Shown here one piece after another: positions 38,257-48,071 of a stretch of DNA of 64,000 nt. The translations under genes were made by a program, and so were the position numbers. How positions within the stretch are numbered: the stretch's first letter is position 1; each line of letters begins with the position of its first letter. This DNA comes from an uncultured Candidatus Saccharibacteria bacterium (lineage in GTDB: Bacteria > Patescibacteriota > Dojkabacteria > SC72), in assembly GCA_964618765.1 (NCBI GenBank), contig CAZUDZ010000001.1:5826-69825 (forward strand), written 5' to 3'. A model generated the notes under the pieces. That model worked only from the letters and a program-made list of their open reading frames with translations. It had not been told where the DNA came from and searched no databases.

Positions 38257-38262
38257 TATAAT
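38257..38262 (+). promoter_or_regulatory. -10 TATAAT hexamer 6 nt upstream of the ychF ATG (candidate leaderless transcript)
   Basis: tataat at 38257-38262, ccaccta, then ATG at 38269. There is no Shine-Dalgarno sequence and the upstream region is AT-rich. Confidence 0.35.
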
Positions 38263-38268
38263 CCACCT

Positions 38269-39375
38269 ATGTCAATTAAACAGTCACACTCCTTTTCGTT
38301 GGGTATTGTGGGATTACCCAATGTAGGAAAGTCAACAATATTTAATAATTTAACCAAAATGTCTGTCCCTGCAGAAAATTTCCCATTCTGTACGATAGAT
38401 AAGAATGTAGGTGTTGTTGAAATACCAGACAAAAGATTAAGTAAGCTAGCTAGGCACTTTCAAGCTCAGAAAATAGTGCCTTCTGCCATGACATTTGTAG
38501 ACATTGCTGGCCTAGTAAAGGGTGCTTCCAAAGGAGAGGGGCTAGGAAATCAATTTCTGTCTCACATCAGAGAGGTCGATGTAATTATGTATGTTTTAAG
38601 GGGTTTTGAGAGCGAGAAGGTGTCTCATGTATATGACAGAATTGATCCTGTTGCAGATTTTGAAATTGTACAATCTGAATTAATTCTGAAAGATATTGAG
38701 AGTGTAGAGAAAAGAATGCTAAATACTGAGAAAATGAGTAGAATAGGGGATAAAGAATCAATTAATGAGTATGAGGTGATTAAGAAGGTCTTAGAGGGTT
38801 TAAATAATGATATCCCCGTAATTGATATGAATTTGTCCAAAGAGGAGAAAGAAGTAATTGATGATCTATGGCTTTTAACAGGTAAGAAACGACTCTTTGT
38901 ACTTAATACAAAAGCAGATATTGACATGGAGAAGGTAGGAAGATGGAAAGAAGAGTTAGAAGAGAGAACAGGGGATATGGTTTTAGTAGTTGATATTAAA
39001 CTTCTTGCGGATATGGCAGATATGGGTGAGAGTGAAATGGAGGAGTACATTTCGATATTAGAGGAGAAGGTTTTTACAATAAAGGATGTCATAGAGGCCT
39101 CTTTTAAAACTCTGAATTTAATAACTTTCTATACCGGTTCTCAGAAAGAGTGTAATGCTTGGAGTATTGTAAATGGTAGTACGATAAAACAAGCTGCTGG
39201 AGCTATTCATACAGATTTAGAAAAAGGATTCATAACAGCGGATGTAGTTAATTTAGACAGTATGATTGAGGCAGGAGGGTGGGTAGGTGCGAAGGAGAAA
39301 GGGTTGATTAAAAACCATGGCAAGGAGTATGAGGTTAAGGATGGCGACTATGTTGTTGTATTAGCGAATAAGTAA
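38269..39375 (+). CDS. ychF: Ribosome-binding ATPase YchF (Obg-family GTPase)
   Basis: GIVGLPNVGKSTIFNNLT G1 motif and a C-terminal TGS domain. Confidence 0.9.
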   Translation: MSIKQSHSFSLGIVGLPNVGKSTIFNNLTKMSVPAENFPFCTIDKNVGVVEIPDKRLSKLARHFQAQKIVPSAMTFVDIAGLVKGASKGEGLGNQFLSHIREVDVIMYVLRGFESEKVSHVYDRIDPVADFEIVQSELILKDIESVEKRMLNTEKMSRIGDKESINEYEVIKKVLEGLNNDIPVIDMNLSKEEKEVIDDLWLLTGKKRLFVLNTKADIDMEKVGRWKEELEERTGDMVLVVDIKLLADMADMGESEMEEYISILEEKVFTIKDVIEASFKTLNLITFYTGSQKECNAWSIVNGSTIKQAAGAIHTDLEKGFITADVVNLDSMIEAGGWVGAKEKGLIKNHGKEYEVKDGDYVVVLANK

Positions 39376-39505
39376 ATTACTTTTTGAAATTCTTGCTTTT
39401 AAGTGATATATTCTCATATCGTAAGCATGGAGTATGTAGTTAGGTTATTGTTAAAAGTAACTTTTTCTGTTAGAATCCATTCTTGAGTTAAATTATACTG
39501 TTTAA

Positions 39506-39859
39506 GTGTTAATGGTCGCTAAGAAACTAAAAAACTATGAAATGATTGTGGCTTTAAAACCCCTCTTGCCAGATGATTTGAGGAAGGAAATACATACAGA
39601 ATTTGTAGATATGGTTAAGACAGATGGGGGAGAGGTGGTAGATGTCGATGTTTGGGGTAAGAGGTATCTTTCTTACCAGATAAAAGGGCACAACGAAGGC
39701 TACTATATTGTCTATGACTTTAAGACTTTTCCTAAGCAGGTTGCAGAGATAAAGAGACAAATGCAACTTAAACAGGAGATTCTTCGTTTTATGATTGTAG
39801 AGGTAGAAGATGTTGATAGGATAGGGAAAAGTATAAAGAAGAAAGAGTTAAAGATTTAA
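39506..39859 (+). CDS. rpsF: 30S ribosomal protein S6
   Basis: YEMIVALKP...WGKRYLSYQIKG matches S6 and heads the rpsF-ssb-rpsR operon. Confidence 0.85.
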   Translation: MLMVAKKLKNYEMIVALKPLLPDDLRKEIHTEFVDMVKTDGGEVVDVDVWGKRYLSYQIKGHNEGYYIVYDFKTFPKQVAEIKRQMQLKQEILRFMIVEVEDVDRIGKSIKKKELKI

Positions 39860-39920
39860 TCAGAATTTAATAATTGGTGTGTATAGTTAAAGGTAAGTTA
39901 AATTATAAATATATATAAAA

Positions 39921-40385
39921 ATGGCAGCAAGATCTTTAAATAAGGTTCTCCTAATAGGAAACTTAACTAGGGATCCAGAGATGAGGTATACAAACTCTGG
40001 GGTTCCTGTGGTTACATTTGGGATAGCTACAAATAAGTCTTGGAAGGATTCTGATGGGGAAACAAAAGAGTTAGCAGAGTTCCATAACTTAGTTGCGTGG
40101 AATAAGATGGCGGAAATCTGTCAACAACTTCTTGCAGTAGGGATGAAGGTATATGTAGAGGGTTCTCTAAATACTAGATCCTGGGAAGGGGATGATGGAG
40201 TAAAAAGATATAAAACTGAAGTAAGAGTTGATGAAATGATACTTTTAGACAGTAAAGGAAAAGATGGAGCAGGGATAGATGAGAACTCAAAACCCTCTCA
40301 GGAAGATGAAAACAAGGAAGAAGCTCCCGTAGAGGAAGAAGCACCTAAGGATGAAGATCCATTAGAGGAAGATTTACCATTTTAA
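39921..40385 (+). CDS. ssb: Single-stranded DNA-binding protein
   Basis: OB-fold (LNKVLLIGNLTRDPEMRYT), an acidic C-terminal tail ending in DLPF. Confidence 0.9.
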   Translation: MAARSLNKVLLIGNLTRDPEMRYTNSGVPVVTFGIATNKSWKDSDGETKELAEFHNLVAWNKMAEICQQLLAVGMKVYVEGSLNTRSWEGDDGVKRYKTEVRVDEMILLDSKGKDGAGIDENSKPSQEDENKEEAPVEEEAPKDEDPLEEDLPF

Positions 40386-40405
40386 TTTGAGTGTAATATT
40401 GATTA

Positions 40406-40759
40406 ATGGCTGATGAAATAAAAGATACAAATGAGAAAGTAAAGTCTTCGTTAAGTGATACTTTTGATGATTCAAAAATCACACAAGATGAAGAGGAAAC
40501 AGTAGAACACACAAAAAGAAGACCCAGAAGGAGAAGAAGGGTTGTTCAGAACTTAAAATGTCCACTATGTGAGTCAGGAGTAGGTGCTAAAGGTGTTAGC
40601 TACAAAGACATCTATCAGTTAAAGAAATATACCTCAGTAAGAGGAAAGATAATCTCTACAGAGAAATCTGGAGTTTGTAACAAACATCAAAGACAGATTA
40701 CAAGGGCTATTAAAAGAGCTAGATATATGGCATTACTTCCTTACTCTTTAGATGAGTAA
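40406..40759 (+). CDS. rpsR: 30S ribosomal protein S18 with an N-terminal extension
   Basis: S18 core (YKDIYQLKKYTSVRGKI...TRAIKRARYMALLPY) preceded by an ~40-aa extension. Confidence 0.85.
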   Translation: MADEIKDTNEKVKSSLSDTFDDSKITQDEEETVEHTKRRPRRRRRVVQNLKCPLCESGVGAKGVSYKDIYQLKKYTSVRGKIISTEKSGVCNKHQRQITRAIKRARYMALLPYSLDE

Positions 40760-40807
40760 ATTGTAGGGAAGGTAAGTTAATAACGTATTAATGTAAGAAG
40801 TTAATAA

Positions 40808-40838
40808 AAAGAGGGGTTTTAAACCCCTCTTCTTTGTT
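40808..40838 (+). terminator. Rho-independent terminator after rpsR
   Basis: Perfect inverted repeat agaggggttt/aaacccctct (10-nt arms) followed by tctttgtt. Confidence 0.75.
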
Positions 40839-40871
40839 GAAAACAAAGCTACTTTTAAGTAATATATAGCA

Positions 40872-42230
40872 ATGCCAAAACTGCCTTTACTAGAAAAAAA
40901 TGCGTACTTAAGTGTTGTGATTAAAGATAATGGGATATGGTCCCATTTGGCTTATACAGACCACAACGCAACAAGGGAATATATTCTCTCTGACTTTACA
41001 GATCTATATCCTTTAAGACATCGTTTAGACGATGAAGTTTTTTCAAGTGAGTTTTGGGGAGAGTATTTTGATAATTTAGAAAAGGTATTTAACTGGGATA
41101 TTGTGGACAGGAACAAGAACACCATATTTACGTTTAGAAAATTTAAGAATGAGGGAGATGGAATCAACGGTATTAGGGTGCAAATAGATGATAACCAGAA
41201 GTTTTTTGACAAGATATTCTCATCAGTTAGAAGTTTTTCTAAAGATGTGTCTCTTAGGGTAGTAGATGATCAATATATGTACAAAACATTACAAGAATTA
41301 GCACACAAGAGTGAGTATGACGATATCATATATGTAGATATGGATCTTATGGACTTCTCGGTATTTCGTGTAAGAAAAGTGTATGACAGAAGGAGTAAGC
41401 AGAGTAAAAATATTTTCTCTAGGTCAAAGGTGAATTGGAAGGACACTGTGTCTTTAATTGATTCTCTCCGAGATGCAAGATTTGGAGCCTTCTTGGCCAC
41501 GGATATAGGGAGAAAGGAAGTACTGAATTATTGGAGCAACTTCGTTTTTAACAGAATTTTCTCTTCCGAAGACCCTAACCTTTTAGATATTCTCAGATCG
41601 TATTGTACTATACAAAATCATTCGATATATAGGGATAATAGTGAGAAGATAGAGGGTTTCGGAGTCTCTGGTCAGGAGAGTTGCTTGATTGTCTCTGGAT
41701 ACATCCCTCGTGTTTTGGGGAAGTCAATAACTATGTTGACACTAATAGACGGATTAGAATTAAAAGGAGTTTTTGATTGCTGTTGGGATCTAGATGCTAA
41801 GTTGCTTTCGTATGGTAGAAGTTATGTGGATGGAGTTAATACAGCGGATATTATTTTAACAAGGAGTGAGATACTCTCCGACTTTACAAAGGTAGTACTT
41901 CCATATATAAAATCCTCAATAGCTTCAAACAAAGTAATTTTCTCGGGTACTGTAGAATCATTAAGCACCAAAAAGAATGAAATCTTTACACTCTCAAACA
42001 AATACTCTTATATAGATTTGCCAGTGAGTAATAATGAGAAATTTGTAGTGGAGGGACAGTTGAAAGAAGGTTTGTACATTCCTCCTAGCAAAAACAGGTT
42101 TGTAAACTTTGTGTCTGCTCCCAATGGTAAACAGTATGAGTCTATTCTTGTAGATGCAAGAGCTAGGCCGGTTGTGTATGGGCCTGATAGTAGTGCCAAT
42201 AAATTAAAGTTGCAAGAGTGGATAAAATGA
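40872..42230 (+). CDS. Hypothetical protein (452 aa)
   Basis: Long ORF with no recognised domain. The only noted feature is a DIGRK segment. It overlaps the next ORF by 13 nt. Confidence 0.6.
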   Translation: MPKLPLLEKNAYLSVVIKDNGIWSHLAYTDHNATREYILSDFTDLYPLRHRLDDEVFSSEFWGEYFDNLEKVFNWDIVDRNKNTIFTFRKFKNEGDGINGIRVQIDDNQKFFDKIFSSVRSFSKDVSLRVVDDQYMYKTLQELAHKSEYDDIIYVDMDLMDFSVFRVRKVYDRRSKQSKNIFSRSKVNWKDTVSLIDSLRDARFGAFLATDIGRKEVLNYWSNFVFNRIFSSEDPNLLDILRSYCTIQNHSIYRDNSEKIEGFGVSGQESCLIVSGYIPRVLGKSITMLTLIDGLELKGVFDCCWDLDAKLLSYGRSYVDGVNTADIILTRSEILSDFTKVVLPYIKSSIASNKVIFSGTVESLSTKKNEIFTLSNKYSYIDLPVSNNEKFVVEGQLKEGLYIPPSKNRFVNFVSAPNGKQYESILVDARARPVVYGPDSSANKLKLQEWIK

Positions 42231-43258
42231 TAGTAAGAAGGAAGATATTTGAAAGATATACAGATTACAGGTTTAATATCCCATATAAACCAGGGGATAG
42301 AGTATTGGTAAAAAGGGGAGATACTCTAAAGGAGAGTTCAGACCTTATTACTAAGAGGGGTAGTAATATTAAGCAATCTTTCTATTTGCCCGAGAAGATA
42401 GGAGTTGAAATATCAAAATTGCCAGAATATATAAAGTGTATGGATGGTGTGTTTGTAAATAAGGGAGATATTTTAGCAGAGAAAACTTTAGCAGGAGGCT
42501 TGAGTGTAAAAAGAGTTCTCTCTCCTGCACAGGGTGTGGTAGATCTTTCTAGGTTAGGTAGTGGCTATCTAGACTTACTGGGGGAGGAGAGTGAGATAGT
42601 TGTAAAAAGTACCTTTGGGGGAATAGTAGAAGGAGTGGACCCTGTCGAGGGAATAAATATTGTCTCAGATTCGTATGCTTTAGACCTCCTTTCTATTTCA
42701 GATATTCTTACAAGGTCGAAAGAAGAAAGGAAAATTTTTGGAGAGTTTATTGTCCTAGGAGATGGCAAGGATCTTGTTTTACATGCGGATAACTCAGACT
42801 ATCAGGACAAAATAGTGTTTGTTGGAAAATATCTCCACACCAGCCTACTTAATGATCTGTTCGAAAAAGGAGCTCTCTTTGTTTTAACATACTCCATGGA
42901 TTACGAGGATTTTAGAAGACAAGGCTTACCAGTTGGTGTAATCGGGGGATTTGGGGAGATATATTCTAGCAAGCAGATAATAGAGTTGATATCTTCCATG
43001 AGAGGGAAATTTGCTGTGCTAGATTATGATGAGAACCAAATATTCTTTATCACCAAAGATAAAACCTTCCTTTCTAAAGAAGAATTGTTTGTCAGAGTAG
43101 CATCTGGGAGCACCATACTCTCTCGTTCTCTTTCGAATTACGGAATGCTTGGGAAAATATTGTCAGTAGAGGAGGAAGGCCTCTATGTAAATGTCCAATG
43201 GGAGGGTGGTCAGAGAAGTATCATAAGTTTAGCAAGTGTCGAATTTGTGTCTCTTTGA
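42218..43258 (+). CDS. Hypothetical protein (346 aa)
   Basis: Long ORF with no recognised domain. Its start overlaps the upstream hypothetical gene, suggesting translational coupling. Confidence 0.6.
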   Translation: MDKMIVRRKIFERYTDYRFNIPYKPGDRVLVKRGDTLKESSDLITKRGSNIKQSFYLPEKIGVEISKLPEYIKCMDGVFVNKGDILAEKTLAGGLSVKRVLSPAQGVVDLSRLGSGYLDLLGEESEIVVKSTFGGIVEGVDPVEGINIVSDSYALDLLSISDILTRSKEERKIFGEFIVLGDGKDLVLHADNSDYQDKIVFVGKYLHTSLLNDLFEKGALFVLTYSMDYEDFRRQGLPVGVIGGFGEIYSSKQIIELISSMRGKFAVLDYDENQIFFITKDKTFLSKEELFVRVASGSTILSRSLSNYGMLGKILSVEEEGLYVNVQWEGGQRSIISLASVEFVSL

Positions 43259-43331
43259 GTATGGAGTATAATAAATATGTTTTTGTACATATAGTTGACA
43301 GAATCTTAACTTTAATTAAATAATTACAATC

Positions 43332-44558
43332 GTGAAAGAGCAAGAAAAAGAGCAAAATAGTTTCAAGAAGGTTTTAGGGATAGGAATTCTCGTTGTAACG
43401 GTTTTTACATTAGGTTTAGTTGTAGGAAGAAGTTTCCAAATTGATTCTACTATGTTGAATTTTGGTGTATCTCGTGATTTAGATCTAGGCGTATTTTGGA
43501 AAGTGCTTGATATTACTAAACGAGAGTATGTCAATTCCGGAGAAATAGATAACAAAAAGCTAGTCTATGGCGCTACCAAAGGTCTAATCAATGCTCTCGA
43601 TGATCCTGGTACAGCCTTTTTAACTCCTGAAGAGACACAGGAGTTTGATAATGCTAGCCAAGGGAAGTATTTTGAGGGAATTGGAGCAGAGTTAGGTTAT
43701 GATGATGGTCAGGTGATAGTAGTATCGCCTTTAGAAGGTTCTCCTGCAAAAGAGGCTGGTATAAGGTCTGGAGACTATATTCTTAAAGTAGATGATTACG
43801 AAATTACCCTAAAGGATACAGTGTATGATATCGTCGCAAAGATAAGAGGGGAGGGAGGAACAGAAGTAGTGCTAACAGTCTTACACCGAGGGGAAAAGGA
43901 TCCTGTCGAGATAACTGTTAAAAGGAGAGAAATTACAGTCCCTAGTATGTCCTTGGAGTTTAAAGGAGAGAATGGGCAGATTGCATATCTTAAGGTAGGA
44001 AGATTTACGGAGAATAGCTATAACGAATGGGTTAAGAACTGGGATAGGAAGATAGATGAAATAGTTGTTTCAGAAAGTAAAAAAGTAATTCTTGATTTAA
44101 GAGGTAATCCTGGAGGGTTTTTTGATGCAGCCATATATGCAGCTGACGAGTTTTTGGGTGATGGCTATGTAATATCCAAACAGAAAGATTCACAAGACAG
44201 TATAAAAGAGTATAACTCAACGAGTAAGGGTAAACTCTTAGATGTAGAGCTGGTAGTTTTAGTTAACTCCGGTAGTGCTTCGGCATCAGAGATCCTTACT
44301 GGTGCACTACAACATGCCGATAGGGCGACAGTAATAGGGGAAAATACTTTCGGGAAAGGAACAGCACAGAGGATCTTTAGTTTGCAAGATGGCTCCTCTT
44401 TACACTTAACCATCTTAAAGTGGTTATTACCTAACGGTTCAATTATCGAGAGAGAAAATCCTGTTGTCCCAGATATTAAGGTAGAATTAACTAATGATGA
44501 CTTTATTGAAGGAAATGATCCTCAGTTGGATAAAGCTATTGAGGTTTTAAATAAATAA
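43332..44558 (+). CDS. ctpA: Carboxyl-terminal processing protease (S41) with a PDZ domain
   Basis: N-terminal TM, a PDZ domain, and the S41 catalytic region (GNPGGF...SGSASASEIL...K). Confidence 0.85.
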   Translation: MKEQEKEQNSFKKVLGIGILVVTVFTLGLVVGRSFQIDSTMLNFGVSRDLDLGVFWKVLDITKREYVNSGEIDNKKLVYGATKGLINALDDPGTAFLTPEETQEFDNASQGKYFEGIGAELGYDDGQVIVVSPLEGSPAKEAGIRSGDYILKVDDYEITLKDTVYDIVAKIRGEGGTEVVLTVLHRGEKDPVEITVKRREITVPSMSLEFKGENGQIAYLKVGRFTENSYNEWVKNWDRKIDEIVVSESKKVILDLRGNPGGFFDAAIYAADEFLGDGYVISKQKDSQDSIKEYNSTSKGKLLDVELVVLVNSGSASASEILTGALQHADRATVIGENTFGKGTAQRIFSLQDGSSLHLTILKWLLPNGSIIERENPVVPDIKVELTNDDFIEGNDPQLDKAIEVLNK

Positions 44559-44576
44559 ATTATTACTTAAATAAAG

Positions 44577-45737
44577 ATGGATAAGGAAGTAAAGGATAAG
44601 AAAACAAGAATTCCCAATAAACAGGTTTTAATGTTTGTAGGGATATTTCTTGTTACCTTGGGAACCTTCTTTTTAATATTCTTCGCAGCTTACATAGGAG
44701 TTACTTACTCTTCAGCAATTCGTCAGTATGCTACCAATATCGAAGATAAAGAGAACAAAGATCAGAAACAAATAGTTATAACAGAAGCAGAGAAGAATAC
44801 TGTAGAGATAATAGAAGAAGCAAGTCACTCTGTTGTAAGTATTGCAATGTCTACTTTAGCTCTTACACAAGAGCAGGGGATAATAGATAAGAGTCAAAAT
44901 ATCGGGACTGGGTTTGTAGTGGACAAGGAGGGTTTGATAATAACTAATCAGCATGTAGTATCAGATTTAAATGCAGAGTATATGGTAGTAACAGAAGATG
45001 GTAAGGAGTATGGAGTTTTAGAAATTTTAAGAGATGATTTAAATGATATCGCAATAGTGAAAGTAGATCCTAAGGAGCAAGAGAATGATCTAAATCCTCT
45101 CTCTCTGGGTGATTCAGATACTCTTCTTGTTGGTCAAAGTGTTGTTGCCATAGGGACTCCTTTAGGAGAGTACGCTGGAAGTGCTACAACGGGGATAATA
45201 AGTGGATTAGATAGGTCAGTAACTGCAAGTTCTGGTTGGTTTGGTTCGACAGCCAAGACATATGAAGATGTGATACAAACAGATGCTGCAGTGAATCCAG
45301 GAAACTCTGGAGGGCCTTTAATTAACTCTCAGGGGGAGGTTATAGGGATTAATTTTGCAACGACTTCTGGAGCGGATAACATCTCTTTTGCAATACCAAT
45401 AAACAAGGCAAAGGGAAGACTAGAAGAGTATAGGACATATGGTAAATTTATCAGACCTTTCCTAGGAGTTACCTATCAAATGATTTCTCAGTATGAGGCT
45501 CTGTACTATTCTGATGTTGTCCCCGGGGCATTAATCTTAAGAGTAGATCCGACCTCTCCTGCGTATGAAGGTAAGTTAAAAAGGGGTGATATTATAACAA
45601 AATTTGGTGAGTATGAGGTTAACAAGTCATTAGCAGATATAATACAGCAACATGAAGTAGGACAGGAAATTGAAATTAAAATATTTCGAGATGGCAAGGA
45701 AGAAAAGGTGACGATTATACTAGGAGAGATGGATTAG
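44577..45737 (+). CDS. htrA: HtrA/DegP-family trypsin-like serine protease with a PDZ domain
   Basis: N-terminal TM, a catalytic triad context (HVV..., D, GNSGGPLINSQGEVIGIN) and a C-terminal PDZ domain. Confidence 0.85.
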   Translation: MDKEVKDKKTRIPNKQVLMFVGIFLVTLGTFFLIFFAAYIGVTYSSAIRQYATNIEDKENKDQKQIVITEAEKNTVEIIEEASHSVVSIAMSTLALTQEQGIIDKSQNIGTGFVVDKEGLIITNQHVVSDLNAEYMVVTEDGKEYGVLEILRDDLNDIAIVKVDPKEQENDLNPLSLGDSDTLLVGQSVVAIGTPLGEYAGSATTGIISGLDRSVTASSGWFGSTAKTYEDVIQTDAAVNPGNSGGPLINSQGEVIGINFATTSGADNISFAIPINKAKGRLEEYRTYGKFIRPFLGVTYQMISQYEALYYSDVVPGALILRVDPTSPAYEGKLKRGDIITKFGEYEVNKSLADIIQQHEVGQEIEIKIFRDGKEEKVTIILGEMD

Positions 45738-46526
45738 AACAAATCTGTTTAGACCTCTAAAATCATTTACAATCTGGTATTTGTAGCTGTTGAATAACTC
45801 TTTAACATTCCCTAAGGTAGAAGGTTCTATCTCTATTAGTAAAGTAAGCTTTTTGTCTTCAGCTTCAATCCTTTTTAGTTGTTCTAACATCTCTTTGTAA
45901 TATTTAAGCCCATCTTCTCCTCCATCAAGGGCTTGTTCAGGTTCAAATTCCTTTATACTTCTGTCTAATTTGTTATACATATCTGTAGGTATATATGGCA
46001 GATTGGCAACAACAAGGGTAGGGGAATCTATATTAAGATGCTCTAGAAGATTACCCCTTAAAAAGGAGACTTTCTTGTTAACTTTATGTAACAGGGCATT
46101 TCTCTTTGCTATCTTTAGAGTCTTCTCACTTATATCTACTCCTGTGAATTTGATGTCTTTTTCTTTACGCAAATTTTTAGCAATAGAAATAATGATACAA
46201 CCAGACCCAGTACCTACATCGATTACATGTTTGAAAGGAGGATTTTTTGATAATAAATCTAAAGTAATACTGACTAGCTCTTCCGTCTCCACCCTTGGTA
46301 TCAAGGTGTTTCTGTCTACTAGGAAGTCATATCCGTAGAAACTACTAACACCTCTAATATATTCCCACGGCTCGCCACTTTCTATCCTTTCCAAAACAGC
46401 AGGAAGTTCAATATCGTTTTCTTCACAATATTCTAATATTTCTTTGGAAATTCTAGAGAGATCAAAATAGGCATTACTCTCTAGCACTTTTTGAATATGA
46501 TATATATCTTTAAGACTCTTTCTCAC
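45720..46526 (-). CDS. prmC: Release-factor glutamine methyltransferase PrmC/HemK-like, with NLPY in place of NPPY
   Basis: SAM-binding VIDVGTGSGCI. Motif IV reads VANLPYIP. It is co-directional with prfA, with a 17-nt overlap. Confidence 0.65.
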   Translation of the reverse strand: MRKSLKDIYHIQKVLESNAYFDLSRISKEILEYCEENDIELPAVLERIESGEPWEYIRGVSSFYGYDFLVDRNTLIPRVETEELVSITLDLLSKNPPFKHVIDVGTGSGCIIISIAKNLRKEKDIKFTGVDISEKTLKIAKRNALLHKVNKKVSFLRGNLLEHLNIDSPTLVVANLPYIPTDMYNKLDRSIKEFEPEQALDGGEDGLKYYKEMLEQLKRIEAEDKKLTLLIEIEPSTLGNVKELFNSYKYQIVNDFRGLNRFVLIHLS

Positions 46527-47634
46527 TTTCCTCTGCTTCCTTTAATAATTGAGTCATGATATCTTCTCTAACACTCTCAATTATCTCCTCTAAATTGCCA
46601 CTTAGGACACTTTCTATATTAAACCAAGATTTTTTAATCCTATGGTCTGTAATACGGTTTTGTGGGAAGTTATATGTTCTAATCTTCTCAGACCTCATAG
46701 CAGATCCGATCATTCCGGATCTTAAGCTATCTCGTTTGGAGGCTTGCTCCTCTTTCTGCTTGTCATAAAGTCGTGCTCTGAGGGTAACCATCGCCTTCTC
46801 TTTATTTTGTGACTGATGTTTAGTTTCTTGGCAGCTTACAACTATCCCTGAAGGGATATGTGTTATTCTTACGGCTGAGTCTGTCTTGTTTACACACTGA
46901 CCTCCTGCACCAGATGCCCTCATTACCTCTATTTTTAAATCTTCAGAATTGATTTGTACATCAACTTCTTTTGCCTCAGGAAGAATAGCTACAGATGCTG
47001 TAGAGGTATGTATCCTTCCAGAAGACTCAGTAGTTGGAACCCTTTGTACTCTGTGTACGCCACTCTCATACTTGAGATCTTTAAACACATTCTTTCCACT
47101 AATATGGGCAACAACCTCTTTGTAACCACCTGACTCTGAGACACTACTATCTATCATCCCTATATCCCATCCCTTTTTAGTGGCATAGTTTTTGTACATC
47201 CTAAAGAGATCCGCAGCAAAAAGAGAAGCTTCATCTCCTCCTGCACCTGCTCGAATTTCTAAGATTGCAGATCTATCATCGTCTTCTTCTTCAAATTGCC
47301 TAGAGATCTTCAACTTCCTAATCTCCTCATCTAGTGATAGGATCTCTTCTTCTAAGCTAGTAAGCTCTTCTAAGGCCATCTCCTTTATATCCGCTGCACT
47401 TTCATTCTCAACCATGTACTGAGCGTCTTTAAAATCCTTGATCTTTTTCTTTATGCTACTAATCTTGTTTGACAACTCTGAGTAGTAAGAGAGATCTTTA
47501 CTTAATTTAGAAATATCATCGGAATTCCCCTTTAAAGTAGCAAGTTCTTCCTCAAACTCTTTTACTTTCTTTTGAGCAGAGTTATCTTCGTATTTTCTTT
47601 CTAATGCAACAATATCCATAGTGGATGATATCAC
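46510..47634 (-). CDS. prfA: Peptide chain release factor 1
   Basis: GGQ motif (RASGAGGQCVNKT) and the RF1-type recognition loop (QRVPTTESSGRIHTS, a PxT variant). Confidence 0.9.
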   Translation of the reverse strand: MISSTMDIVALERKYEDNSAQKKVKEFEEELATLKGNSDDISKLSKDLSYYSELSNKISSIKKKIKDFKDAQYMVENESAADIKEMALEELTSLEEEILSLDEEIRKLKISRQFEEEDDDRSAILEIRAGAGGDEASLFAADLFRMYKNYATKKGWDIGMIDSSVSESGGYKEVVAHISGKNVFKDLKYESGVHRVQRVPTTESSGRIHTSTASVAILPEAKEVDVQINSEDLKIEVMRASGAGGQCVNKTDSAVRITHIPSGIVVSCQETKHQSQNKEKAMVTLRARLYDKQKEEQASKRDSLRSGMIGSAMRSEKIRTYNFPQNRITDHRIKKSWFNIESVLSGNLEEIIESVREDIMTQLLKEAEESEKES

Positions 47635-47657
47635 TTTAAATTACTTAATGGAATTCG

Positions 47658-47996
47658 CTATTTTGAAACTTTTGCGTTTTCTAACATATCTCGTAATGTT
47701 AGAGTAGAAGAGGGCTTACCTGTAGATTCGTCCATTTTCTCTCTTCTTTTTGCCATCTTCTCTTTCTTGCTCTTAAAAGACATCTTTTTAGACTTCTCAA
47801 CTCTCTCTTCATACTTTTTAACAAGGTTGTCTGTATCAACGATCTTTTGCTCACCTGTATAGAATGGGTGACATTTAGAACATACCTCTATATTAAAAGT
47901 GTCCTCTTGTAATGTAGAGCCAGTTTTAAATGTGTTGCCACATGAGCAAACTATTTTTAAGCTTTCATTATACTGTGGATGAATATCTTTCTTCAT
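47658..47996 (-). CDS. rpmE: 50S ribosomal protein L31 with a Lys/Glu-rich C-terminal extension
   Basis: [23 protein letters not shown]...[10 protein letters not shown] matches L31. The 112-aa length compares with ~70 typical. Confidence 0.85.
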   Translation of the reverse strand: MKKDIHPQYNESLKIVCSCGNTFKTGSTLQEDTFNIEVCSKCHPFYTGEQKIVDTDNLVKKYEERVEKSKKMSFKSKKEKMAKRREKMDESTGKPSSTLTLRDMLENAKVSK

Positions 47997-48071
47997 AACG
48001 AGTGGATTATATCAGAAGGATATTGGAGTGTCTAGCATTAAGTTTTAATTAAATCCTTTTAAGAGGGTGTT

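Noticed and set aside
40872-42230. FtsA/actin-fold assignment for the 452-aa hypothetical via its DIGRK segment
   Set aside because: A single pentapeptide in the wrong position (around residue 210) gives no support for the phosphate-2, adenosine or connect motifs. It is left as hypothetical.
45720-45737. 18-nt convergent overlap of the htrA (+) and prmC (-) 3' ends as a regulatory antisense feature
   Set aside because: Short convergent stop-region overlaps are common in compact genomes. There is no additional structure or conservation evidence.
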